This document shows positions 1-10,700 of a stretch of 64,000 bases of DNA, piece by piece (position 1 is the stretch's first letter; the number at the start of each line of letters is the position of its first letter). The translations under genes were made by a program, and so were the position numbers. The DNA lies in the NCBI GenBank assembly GCA_000146465.1, contig CP001945.1; one strand, 5' to 3'. The notes under the pieces are model-generated. The model did no database searches. It saw nothing but the letters and a program-made list of their open reading frames with translations, and was not told the DNA's origin.

Positions 1-452
1 ATTTGACCAATCTTTGTTATCACTGTTCTACCTGTTTTATCGTGAACAACTTGTCCAATTACATTCTTATATTTCATCTGCTCCTCATCTAGATTCAAGT
101 GAATTATGGATCCGACAATTTCAAAGGATGAAGGTGTTTGAACTTCTTTCGGCAATATTCTTTGAAGAGCCTCGCTGTAAGTAAAATATTCATAGCACAA
201 CTCCAGTTCTATATGGATTAGGACATCTTCCTGGCTCAAAAAGTCTTCGTTGATTAGGACTAGGAGGTCGTGGTCGGTTTCAGTTAGAATCTTGAACGTG
301 TCATACTTCTTTCTAGTTCGGATTACCGATGGAATGCGAGGAATTTTTCTGATGGATTCCTTGATTTTTTGGATGCAATTCGGAACTTCTTCTTCACTTG
401 TTCCCAGTGCCTTCAGACAAAGTACTGATCTCACTTCATTCCTAAAATCCAT
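1..452 (-). CDS. TRM5: tRNA (guanine37-N1)-methyltransferase Trm5, N-terminal part; gene runs off the window edge
   Basis: My manual reverse-strand translation from the ATG at 452 gives MDFRNEVRSV...FEIVGSIIHLNLDEEQMKYKNVIGQVVHDKTGRTVITKIGQ. This matches the Trm5 motifs (VGxIxHLNL, IGQVxxDKxxxRTVxxK). The ORF track omits it because no stop lies inside the window. Confidence 0.55.
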   Translation of the reverse strand, partial: MDFRNEVRSVLCLKALGTSEEEVPNCIQKIKESIRKIPRIPSVIRTRKKYDTFKILTETDHDLLVLINEDFLSQEDVLIHIELELCYEYFTYSEALQRILPKEVQTPSSFEIVGSIIHLNLDEEQMKYKNVIGQVVHDKTGRTVITKIGQ

Positions 453-533
453 TTATGAAGGGCTTCTTCTTTTCTGCCATACCACCGAAAACGGAAAGGA
501 AATCTTATCAAATAGAAACATTTATTGTCTTTT

Positions 534-1058
534 TCAGTTTGAACTTTCTTTATCATAAAGATCCAGGGTTATAGCTGCCAGCTCCATTACCTTCTTCTTG
601 TACTCCTTTTCGTTTTCCCTCAGATGCTGTGCTGCATCCACGTTTGCTGGGCTTTCGCAGTTAGGAGATGTAAGAAGCGTTATTATGCTGAGTATCACGC
701 TTTCAGGTGTTCTTACCGGAAGCCATCTATCTCCCAGAGATTCGTATCCATACTCATCCTCCCCGGGATTGTGCAATATAGATATGCAAACATTTCCGTT
801 TTCATCTATATTTGGATGCCACATCTTCGAACAGAAACGAAAACTCGGCGGTGAATCCGGATAGTCGAGGGGGAAGAGCATCCGTCCTTTGAAGATCCCA
901 TTTTCGTATGGCGTCATCCTAGGCCCGAAGATTAGAATTTCCCACGTGTATATGTCTCCATCGACAAGGCCGACACTGTAATACTCGTTGGGGTTTTCTT
1001 GGATTCTCTTGTAGTCTTTTAAAAGAAGTCCTCTTGAAAAGCCTCCCTTCTTTCCCAT
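534..1058 (-). CDS. Ubiquitin-conjugating enzyme E2, UBC7/UBE2G-like, with the acidic loop insertion
   Basis: HPNIDENGNVCISILH active-site region with catalytic Cys, EDEYGYES insertion, and RWLPVRTPESVILSIITLL. Start placed at the internal ATG (MGKKGG...); sequence upstream of it does not resemble any E2. Confidence 0.8.
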   Translation of the reverse strand: MGKKGGFSRGLLLKDYKRIQENPNEYYSVGLVDGDIYTWEILIFGPRMTPYENGIFKGRMLFPLDYPDSPPSFRFCSKMWHPNIDENGNVCISILHNPGEDEYGYESLGDRWLPVRTPESVILSIITLLTSPNCESPANVDAAQHLRENEKEYKKKVMELAAITLDLYDKESSN

Positions 1059-1241
1059 ATTGTTTTCTTGGGTTTGAAATCTTAATGGTTTATATATAGT
1101 TTCGAATAGGTAGCAGAAAGCCATTTGGCTCGAAGAACAGATGAAACCTGTCGGCCATGCCAGACAGATGTAAACATCCAGATCAACCATCTGCATTGTT
1201 CAAGAGGCTTTGACAAATATTTTCCAAAATTTTCACCCTGA

Positions 1242-1712
1242 ATGGAGGAAGTAAAGAAGCTGAAGGTCTTTCCAAGACAGACAGGCGTGTATCTCAAGCC
1301 ATACGCAGCAGATGGGGAGCAGCCAGAGAGGAGAGTCAGGGCAGAGGTCTGTGGGTTCAAGGCTCCGGAAACTGCTTACACACGGCAGTACATCGATAAG
1401 AAGTGTCCGTTTACAGGTGATATCAATGTCCGAGGAAGGACTTTCAAGGGAATTGTTAAGAAGATGAAGGCTGAGAAAACCATTGTTGTTGTTGTCAACT
1501 ATGTTCATTACAGCAAGAAGTATAAGAGATATTCAAGAAGACACACCAACTTCTCTGTTCACATGTCTCCTTGCTTTGAAGGAATGATTAATGTGGGAGA
1601 CACTGTTATCTGTGGAGAAACCAGGCCTCTTTCCAAGACAAAGTCGTCGGTGGTCTTGGGATATACCAAGAAAGCTACGCCTGGTTCGTTCAAGCTTCTT
1701 GAAAGCATCTAA
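1242..1712 (+). CDS. RPS11: 40S ribosomal protein S11 (uS17)
   Basis: [56 protein letters not shown]...[16 protein letters not shown] matches eukaryotic S11. Start is ATG. AAAATTTT and CCC motif lies upstream. Confidence 0.9.
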   Translation: MEEVKKLKVFPRQTGVYLKPYAADGEQPERRVRAEVCGFKAPETAYTRQYIDKKCPFTGDINVRGRTFKGIVKKMKAEKTIVVVVNYVHYSKKYKRYSRRHTNFSVHMSPCFEGMINVGDTVICGETRPLSKTKSSVVLGYTKKATPGSFKLLESI

Positions 1713-1800
1713 TAAAGCTACGTTATCCTTTAAAAGTATCTGCACCATAGAATTCAAGAACAACACGTCCTTATAAATCCTTGTGTCCAAGGGCTTCCCG

Positions 1801-2154
1801 ATGAAGCTATTGAACGATTGGGAGAAAGAAGAGATAATCCATAAAAGCAAAATAGTAAATTTCGACTTCCTAGAAAAAAAAGACTTCATCAGCGAGGTTA
1901 AAGACGGATTCTATTATCTCTCCAAGGATATCAAGGCGGTTGAGACCGAACTATGGAAGAAGGCCAACGATGAGTTAGCAGACCACTTAGATATAAAGGA
2001 CATAGATAAAGAGATCAAAAGATTCATATTTCTTCTGAACAGATATAATGAAATCAAAGACATAGGACAGGAACTCATTGGTAGAATAGCCAGCCTAAGA
2101 CAGACCACTGCTCGAGATATTCATGAGGAACTAGGGATGGAGACTGAACTGTAG
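1801..2154 (+). CDS. SWI5: Swi5/Sae3-like recombination mediator
   Basis: C-terminal IKRFIFLLNRYNEIKDIGQELIGRIASLRQTTARDIHEELGM matches the Swi5 domain (HIxLLHEYNDIKDVGQxLLGRIA). The track start at 1783 is GTG, so start moved to the first ATG at 1801. Confidence 0.55.
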   Translation: MKLLNDWEKEEIIHKSKIVNFDFLEKKDFISEVKDGFYYLSKDIKAVETELWKKANDELADHLDIKDIDKEIKRFIFLLNRYNEIKDIGQELIGRIASLRQTTARDIHEELGMETEL

Positions 2155-2174
2155 ATTCTCAGAAGGCATGGAAA

Positions 2175-3062
2175 CTAGTAAATACAGTCTGTGTTTTGGC
2201 TGCCTTCTATTAAAACTATTTCTTCTGGCATCATAATCTTTTCTTTCATAACATCTATTGGATGGTAAGCTAGGCTGTCTTTTCCTCCATCCTTTATGCA
2301 TAAGGATCTTCCTATGTGGCATTTTGTTTCAATACTATATCCAAGAATACTACATGGACTATATGGCTTGTTGCACTCTCCCTTGAACACAACGTCGTTG
2401 CACATTCCAATGTGCACAATATTGTCGTAGGCTCTTCCTATGGTATAGAGTCCAAGGATATTTGCCATGTATGCATCCCCGGGAGAAGAGAAGGCCATTA
2501 CAGGGAGACCATATCGAATTCCTGCCAGGGATGCAATTGTTCCTCCAAGCGAGTGTCCAGTGAGAACCAATCTGCTTTCCGGATATGCTTCTTTCACAGA
2601 GTCAATTATCTTCAAGGCGTCATCAAAATAGCCTATTCTACCAAACTCCATTCTCTTTTCTTCTTCGCATCTTCTGCTTTTGCATATAGAGTACAAGATC
2701 TTGTCCAAAAACTTGTCTTTCTTGGATGTTTTTCCTATTCCCATCCCCATCACAGAAAGTGTTGTTCCTTTGAACGCAATAACTATCTTCTCATCATGTC
2801 TAAAGACCTTTGCTCTTAACCCGTCTCCATCGTATCCAAACCTGGCTTGCACCGTGTCTAGATCATGGCTACTGTATGCATTTGAAGCCATCCAAATGAA
2901 TTCTAAGAGATAAATCCTCTCCAGGAAGTTTAGGGTGTGTTCTTGAAATAAGGCTGTATTTACCTTGGGACTGTTTTCCGCTCCATCTCCGGAAGGATGG
3001 GAAGTATTCCAAATCCTATAGTCCATGTCATATAAAGAGGTTTGTAGAAGATACAAAAGCAT
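2175..3062 (-). CDS. Class 3 lipase, Atg15-like
   Basis: LTGHSLGGTIASLAGIRYGLPVMAFSSPGDAYMA carries the GHSLGG nucleophile elbow and an Atg15-like flank. Hydrophobic N-terminus (signal anchor). The track start is TTG; first ATG used. Confidence 0.55.
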   Translation of the reverse strand: MLLYLLQTSLYDMDYRIWNTSHPSGDGAENSPKVNTALFQEHTLNFLERIYLLEFIWMASNAYSSHDLDTVQARFGYDGDGLRAKVFRHDEKIVIAFKGTTLSVMGMGIGKTSKKDKFLDKILYSICKSRRCEEEKRMEFGRIGYFDDALKIIDSVKEAYPESRLVLTGHSLGGTIASLAGIRYGLPVMAFSSPGDAYMANILGLYTIGRAYDNIVHIGMCNDVVFKGECNKPYSPCSILGYSIETKCHIGRSLCIKDGGKDSLAYHPIDVMKEKIMMPEEIVLIEGSQNTDCIY

Positions 3063-3131
3063 TATAAAGAAGCTTACCTCCAAACAGTCTTTTGTTTATA
3101 GCTGTTTCATCTCTAACCTCCCTTGAAGATT

Positions 3132-4040
3132 ATGGAAAGCGTTTCGCCATGGATCATCCTTTTAGACATTATTGATCTTGCAGTAGGAGCCATCCAGCTA
3201 GGAACACAAAAAAGGATGGATGGAGTCTTGGAAAGATTCATAGTCATAGTAATGCTCAAATGTATGGAGCGAGAGATGCAGAGCAGATCTCCTCTCATAG
3301 GAGCAAGACATTTGATTGCTTGCGACTCCTCCAAACCACTCCTTACAAGAGGATTGGAATGTCTAGGAATTGTTGATTTGCCTAGATACATTTCAGAGAC
3401 CTTAGGCGAGATAAAGAGAGAGCCTGGTGCTTTTGCAGAGATCATGAGTATTTCTCTGGCTTGCTTTGTAGTCCAAGCCTTTCTGTTCAGATCATCTTCC
3501 ACCAACCTGAAGAGAAAAACCTTCCATGTCTTTGCGTTTCTTGTGTTCTACAAAGGACATCGCCTCTCATTTCTACTTAGCGAAGGCTTCTTTCTGATTT
3601 TGGGTCTGTTGTCGCCGTGTAGACATGTCAATTCTCTCCTTACACCTTACCTCAGCAGACACGATAGGGAACACAGTGTATTATCGCATGTCTATCTTTT
3701 GCTGGCTTGCACATACCCAAGGATGTTCATGAGACATAAAGAATATGTTTCGGCACTGATTTCTATATGCTTTCAAGACTCAATGGCCTCAGTTGTTGGA
3801 GAATGGTTTGGGAAGACAGAGAAATCCATACAGGGTGCAATAGGAGGAGTAGTATCCGGAATAGCAATTTATTTTGCTCTTTACAGAAAAGTCGACATGG
3901 TACTGTTCTTCATAGTTGCAGGCATAGTGGAATATCTTATTCCCATCAATGACAACATTGCCATTCCGCTTTCTGCAATTTCATACTCCTGGTTATCGAA
4001 GAAGATTATGAGCAGCATCCCTTCTTGGGCTGTGGTTTGA
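3132..4040 (+). CDS. Polytopic membrane protein, dolichol kinase (Sec59)-like
   Basis: Multiple TM helices. C-terminal DSMASVVGEWFGKTEKSIQGAIGGVVSG fits the CTP-dependent polyprenol kinase motif (D-x-MAS-x-IG...GK...K-x-EGS). Start at the first ATG (MESV...). Confidence 0.45.
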   Translation: MESVSPWIILLDIIDLAVGAIQLGTQKRMDGVLERFIVIVMLKCMEREMQSRSPLIGARHLIACDSSKPLLTRGLECLGIVDLPRYISETLGEIKREPGAFAEIMSISLACFVVQAFLFRSSSTNLKRKTFHVFAFLVFYKGHRLSFLLSEGFFLILGLLSPCRHVNSLLTPYLSRHDREHSVLSHVYLLLACTYPRMFMRHKEYVSALISICFQDSMASVVGEWFGKTEKSIQGAIGGVVSGIAIYFALYRKVDMVLFFIVAGIVEYLIPINDNIAIPLSAISYSWLSKKIMSSIPSWAVV

Positions 4041-4650
4041 CCTCTTTCAGGTTTTCCTTACTGAACTCAACGCTTTTAAGTTTCCTCTTTCCTATTGAGG
4101 CTTTCTGGGTCTTTACCTTCTTGTGAATCGTCTTAACAAGTTCAAGAAATGCTTCTCGGACATTTTCTCCAGTCAGTGCCGAAGTCTCAAAAAACGACAA
4201 CTCGTTTGTAACTGCTTCATCCTTTCCCTTCTGTGTGTCCACATCTCTGTCGTCCTCTAGATCCTTTTTGTTTCCAATGAGCACAATTGGAATCTCGCTC
4301 GGTGAGAAGTCTCGAAGCTGCTTCAACCACAGACTAGTGGCCTTCTTTAGACTGTCTTTGTTTGTAATGTCGTAGACGATGGCAGCACCAGATGTTCCCC
4401 TATAATATGCCTGAACAATGGCCTGGTATCTCTCTTGCCCAGCTGTGTCCCATATCTGGGCCTTGACAATGTCCTCGCCTATCTTGAAGGTGATTGTACC
4501 AAACTCGACGCCGATTGTTGCCTTTGAATCCTTATGGAACTCGTTTCTTGTCAACTTCGAAAGAAGGTTTGTCTTTCCGACAGCCGAATCTCCTATCAAG
4601 ACTATCTTGAAGAGATAGTCGAAGTTTTCACTCTTTGTGATGCCAGGCAT
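4006..4650 (-). CDS. Rab11/Ypt31-family small GTPase
   Basis: DYLFKIVLIGDSAVGKTNLLSKLTRNEF, KATIGVEF, AQIWDTAGQERYQAIVQAYYRGTSGAAIVYDI, GNKKDL, and a C-terminal GCCS prenylation motif. Start at the internal ATG (MPGITKSENFDYLFK). Its 3' end overlaps the convergent neighbour by 35 nt. Confidence 0.85.
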   Translation of the reverse strand: MPGITKSENFDYLFKIVLIGDSAVGKTNLLSKLTRNEFHKDSKATIGVEFGTITFKIGEDIVKAQIWDTAGQERYQAIVQAYYRGTSGAAIVYDITNKDSLKKATSLWLKQLRDFSPSEIPIVLIGNKKDLEDDRDVDTQKGKDEAVTNELSFFETSALTGENVREAFLELVKTIHKKVKTQKASIGKRKLKSVEFSKENLKEVKPQPKKGCCS

Positions 4651-4735
4651 TCCAAATAAACATATAGGACTTATAAGAGCAGAATATCTAAAACCATATC
4701 CAAAACACTCCATCATCTATCATTCCTAAGGATAA

Positions 4736-7700
4736 ATGGGGAGTTTGTTTGGATCCCCGATGCTCAAGAAGATCCTTCTGAGGGCACTAAACAAGTTTCT
4801 TGGGAACTATGTAGAGAACATAGACAAACATCAGTTTGAGCTTGGAATATTCAAGGGATATGTGTCTGTATCCAACCTGAGAATCAAATCTTCTGTCATT
4901 TCGAGGCTGTTTGAGGGAAGGGTTGTGTCGAACTCGATAGGGACACTGCGAGTTCTTGTGCCTTGGAAGAGCTTTTCTAGAAAACCTATTGAAATATATG
5001 TAAAGGATGTTGACATCAAGCTTGGGAAGGCTGGGTTCTGCTGGTGCTTTCTTGATGAGAAGCTGTGTACAGAGTGTGTTGAGTACGAGAAATATGAGTT
5101 TATGACCAAGCTTGACAAGCTTAGTGTTCTGTCTGATGCTCGAGAGGACAACTCTACGCTTTTTAAGGATCTGATTGCTGGAGATGGATTCAGGGTCTTG
5201 ATTGAGAATGTAAATGTAGAATATGTAAGTGGAGCATCAATTGCTCTTCGGGTGCAGAAAGTGGAGTTCAATAAGAAAACCAAAGGAGAAGTGAAGAACA
5301 TGAAGATCTTCGATGCTGTGGGGATAGAAGTGGTTGGGGCATCGAAGGTTCTAGGCCCATTCGACATCTACAGCAAGATAAAGATGTTACCTAAAGATAT
5401 AAACCCAAGAATTGAAGTATCTCTTAATGACTTTCACGTGGAGGTGAAGCAGCAGATTGCTGAGGAGATTCTTAGGGGGGCCAGAGAATATGCCGAGGAC
5501 AGGGTACGATGGACATTGTTCAGAAGCTATCTAGAATACAGAGAGATACTAAGGACGGCTAGAGAGATGAACCTATGGAAGGACCAGGAAGATCCGGCAA
5601 GCTCGGACAGAAGTGTTGCAATGGAGATATGGAAGAGATTGATAAGACTGCAGAAAAAAGCTATGGAGTCCAAAGGCGTTGTTCTGGAGGAGATACCTGG
5701 GATAATATCAAAGATAAAGGAATACAGGGAAATCTTAGGCCGTTCGGGCCTATCCTTCAAGGAAGTAGAAAGAAAGAAGAGATGTGAAAGGGAGATTTGC
5801 TTGGAACGGTTATTGAAAGTAAAGAGAAGTTTGAGCGAGGTCTCGGAAAAGAAGTCGTGGAAGAACATCCTGTCGTTTATGAAAGAAGAAGCGAACAATA
5901 AAAGAACATCAATGATCATTCCAGCAACATTTAGTGTAGGGGAAGCTACGGTTGTGATTATTGACGAAAAGCACCAAGGATTCAAAATAGTCGTTCCCAA
6001 GACAAGAGTAGGAGTTAAAGATCTACTTTCTCCGTCCAGGCTGGATTTTAAGGGAGACAAATGGAGGCTGTATTTTATTGATGCTAGACTCAACGAACGT
6101 GATCCTCATAGCGAGTTGATTTCTCTTCTATTAGATGTAAGAGGCACGCTTATCCAGGATGGGGCCGGGCTGTATGTAAAGGGAATAGCTAAGGAATGGA
6201 AGGTGCTTGGGTATAGAAGAGAGCTTCCTCACTGCTTCGAAGGCTTTATGAGGTTAGTGAAAAGGTCTTATGTTCCTTCCTATGGATTGGCGGCTCCTAG
6301 AGGGAAAACCCGAGCAGATTTTAAGGTAGATATAGTTTCTATGGAGTCTGATCTGGAGAGATTTGTTAAGATCGAGCCGTCTAGTAGGTATGGGATCGAA
6401 TGTGCAGGGATGGTTCTTTCATATGTAAACGATGAGATCAATACAAAGAGGGCTGCATCACTAACGATATCGTCTTCCTTTGTTTACCGGGTTAATTCTG
6501 TGTCCAAAGAAAGAGAGGCTCTTTCAAACAAGATTGAGACAACGGTTCTGCTTGTTGACAATGTGTTTTATGTGAAGACGTCGATGGTGGATCTCTATGC
6601 ACATGGAGTATATCCTAATGACTTTAGAGGAAACGGAGTAGTGTTTCCTGTTGGTTTTGTTGTCCCAAACTTCGAGGTATGTTCTGATGCAATAAGGATC
6701 AATGGGCCTGACGGAAGAGCAGAACTCCAACGGATCAAGATGTCGGGAAATGGAGGAAGTATATTTGATATGGAGATTTTTAAAGGAAAAGTATTGGACT
6801 CCAATGGAAAGACAATGTGCCGGATTCCCAGGATGAAGATCGAGGCCAGAATTGGAAGGGCTCTTCTTTTGGATGTTGTGTATCTAAAGATATGCGGGAG
6901 AGCTAGAAGGATTGCAAGATTGGCACGGGGAATGACGTGGATGGCAAATGGAGAAGTGTCTACGAAAGTTATTGCAAGAATTAAAAGAATAGAAGGGGAC
7001 ATAAGGTGCAAAGGATCTATCTTAAGAATTATTGTAGATGAGTATTTCCAAGGCCTTGCGAAAAGTGTCCGAGCTGTTTTGAATGAGAGTATTATAAATA
7101 TCGAGAACTTTGAAGCCGGAGAAGAATTTGGATGGAAGTCTGCAGTGCTAACAATAAGAAAGGAGGATCTCAAGAACTTGGATGGATTTGGAAGGATATT
7201 CAAGAAAATAGGAAGTAGGTCGAGTGCCTTCAAAGCCTCTGCTGGAGGTCTGGTGATTAAGCTGCTTAATGGAGGGGAGATAGAAATAGAGAGTCTTCGG
7301 ATTTTCCGAGACGAGGGAGGTATGATTATCTATCCTTTTGAAGTTAAGGTCTTCAACACAGGTGATTCCTCAACCTCAGCAGACAGTAGGAAAAGAGAAG
7401 TGGAGATGTGTATTAGCAAAATTGAGATATCAGATACTAAAGCAACTATTGAGGGAAGTATCAAAGGAGAGATAAATGAGGAAACCCTTATCAAAATAAA
7501 GGATGGGATAAAAGAGATTCCAATCCCATCGGGGGGATCCTTAGAGACGGTTGTCTTACTTGATATATCTCTTAGTATGGTGATATCTGGAAATCCACTG
7601 AAAATAGCATGTCCTTTGACTCTTTGGCAAAAAGCGGATGAATACGAAATCACTTTGCAACAGATAGAGATTGCATCGGGAGACGGACAAAACACAAATC

Positions 7701-10700
7701 TATTTGAAGTCCACGCCAAGGGAGCAGATGGGGTATTAAGACTATCGGTAAGCAAGATGGAAATCCACATTGAACCTTTCAGGCTTGCTTCAATACTTTA
7801 TCCTCTTGTTCACGGGACTGGGGACACGGACTTTGTGAAAAAGGTAGAAGTGGATATAGAAGAGATATTTGCGAAGACCAAAAGCATAGATGGCATAAGA
7901 ATGAGGAATGTCAGATATAGAGATGAACTACTTCTACAGTTTTCTGTTTTAGATGAGCCCGGGAGTAAGGTAGCATACAAAAGAGTGAATGGATCGGAGA
8001 GCTATCTTCTTTCTGTGATCGGAGGAAGTTACGAGTTGAGTTCTTTGGCTGCTCTTGTTTCCTTCTGTTCATCTGAATATATGCAGATATACTCGAAGTT
8101 TGGAATTCAGGTTTCCAGGGCTCGGCTCCATGTGTTGTGTATGGACCTTAAGGTGTTACTAGGCGATGCTCTGTTTGCCCTTCGGATCAATCTTCCTATT
8201 GTATATTTCGATATGGAAGATCTAAACTCCTTTAAAGGAAGGGCTCTTTGCTCACTAGACGTCTATGATTCAAATTCTATGGAATTTATTCCCTTTATTG
8301 AAGAAAATGTGCTTCTAGCAAGGAAATACGGAACCTTCTTGGATGTAAGAACGCTTACAAAATTAAGGATTCTGTATTTGGACGAAATCACAAGCACAAT
8401 CTGGAGTCTCTTTGCATCGGAAGAAACAGGAATAACGATGTTTGGGAAGCCTTTCCGTAACAAAGTTAGCATAAGAAACATCACGGACACAGTGCTATGG
8501 GTCAAGACTAAAAGATATGCTGGGAGAGTCGGGAAAGGACAATTCCACGAGTTTGATGTAGACTATGACGAGCATAGAATTCAAATTGGAAAGGATGAAG
8601 CATGTGCCTTGGTTTATATTGTCAACAGCTGTTCTACCTCCTTTGTTTCTGAAGGGAAGAGTTTTGTTATAGAAGTGACATACGATGGAAAACTAAGGGG
8701 CATAACAATTACACATGTCTTGTCGTTCCTTAATCTCTGTGATATTGAGTTGATGGGGAAGATGGACTACCTTGATGGGTCTGCTTTGGAGCTGCATATG
8801 CTCCCTGAGTTCCACCATACAATTCCACAAGAGAAAGACTTCTTTCTGGAGATAGGCATGCATGGAAAGTATGTTTCTGCCGGAAAGATAAATGTCAGTT
8901 CGGCTCCGAAGGATGCAACCTCCACCTTTGGAATGATATGCAAGCTGGGCTTAGTAGAAATAGGGATCGACACGGTTGTTAGAAATGCAGGGTCTGTTTC
9001 TTGTGTTGTGATAATTCTCTATCCAATTTTTGAAGTGATGAATAGAACAGCATCCGTATTGAACTTAATCCTCTCTGTTGGAAAAGACAATACTCCTGGT
9101 GGGGAAAGTGAAACTCAAAAAAAGAACATTCCGCTTTCGGTCGATAGAGATTGTAAAGAAGACATATATGGGATTAGCTTTTCTGAGCTTCCTCTTCTCT
9201 ATGTGCAGAGTCTTGGAAGTCGAGCTACTGCCAGGGCGTTTGAAAATAAGGCATCCATCGAAATCAACTCCCATTACTCTGGAGAAATAAGAAAGGAGCA
9301 GGCTGAGATAATATCTTTTTTCGGAAGGCATACTCTTGCACATCGGATCAGAATGGTAATATATTCCCCTATGGTGATTATAAACCACCTTGGAAATGAT
9401 ATCTGGATAAATGGAGCCCGGTTTGGGCCAGGACCTTCATGCTCCAACCGGCTGAAGGATATACACAGCTTGGCTGTTGGGGAATATAGTATTGAGGAAT
9501 CCGTGGAGGTCGGAAAGAAGTTTACCAAAGCCTTTATTCTGAAGAAAAGGGGTTTTAAAGGCCACAAGACCTGGAAATCTCATGAAGGCCAGGAATGGTC
9601 CAATGAAGCCATATTTGGAGGATTTGGGCCTAAAACGGGAATACAACCAAGTTGCATCCGTCTTCTACTAGAGTTTGGGGAGGATCAAGGTAGAAGAATA
9701 ATTGAGTGCAAGTACACCTACCTGATTAGAAATCAATCCCAAATGAGACTTCTGGCTGTATCGGAGCATGTATGTTACTATGTGGAACCCCATGAAGAGG
9801 TACCTCTCAATACATCCACAAATGGATTCTATCTGTTCATTGCAGATTCAGTGAATATTAGATCCCCAAGGCTTTCTGGAGTGTTTATTCCATTGGACAT
9901 TAAGATAAGGAAATACTTTAAGCTTCAAGGTTCCGATGCCATTTTGTTCAGCGTGAGCAAAGTCACGGACTCTGGACAGCATGTATTTGGGATAAGAACT
10001 GAAAAATATTGGCCTTATACGATACACAATGGGATAGATGTTGGTCTGAGATTCAGCCAGAAATATGATACTATTGAGCATTATGTGGAAAAGGGATCTG
10101 TTTATAGATATGCGCCAGACAGTCTGATGCTTGATCCAGAGATACTATTGTGCATTGAAGATCAAATAATTCAGGTAAACCTTAACGAGGATCAGGTCTT
10201 ACTTGTTCATGGAATTACAGTGTCCATATCCCAGGGAAGTACTACAAGGGTTGTTCGGGTTTCCAGAGGGGAGATCTCTAGTAGTGAGTGTAGGATTTGT
10301 TTAGGAATAGTAATTGACAGCTTATCTATATCGTTGGTGAATAAGGAAGGGAATGAGGTTTTATGCAGCCATATAGAAGGCCTGGAGATTGGAGCAGAAT
10401 GTATTTCAAGAGAAGCTGGAATTCCAGAGTTGATGGCTCATCCAAAATATGTGGAATTTGTAATTCAAGGAACAGCTGAAAGCATTCAGGTGGATAATCA
10501 GAGCTTATTCTGTGCATTTCCAGTGGTTTTCCATCCTCTTGACAAGTATTTGAGGATAGAAACCGAAAGAAGAAATAGAAAGAAACTTCTTGTATTTGAT
10601 TTTACATTTGGGAGTTCGGCACAGAATGTCTCCGTATCAAATCTGTACTTCAAAACAGAGGCCTTTGCACTGAACATTGAAGAAAACCTGGCCAAGAGCA

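Noticed and set aside
250-558. 102-aa + strand ORF overlapping the Trm5 N-terminal region
   Set aside because: Starts with TTG (the track shows alternative starts as M). It is antisense to a well-supported Trm5 reading frame and has low-complexity composition.
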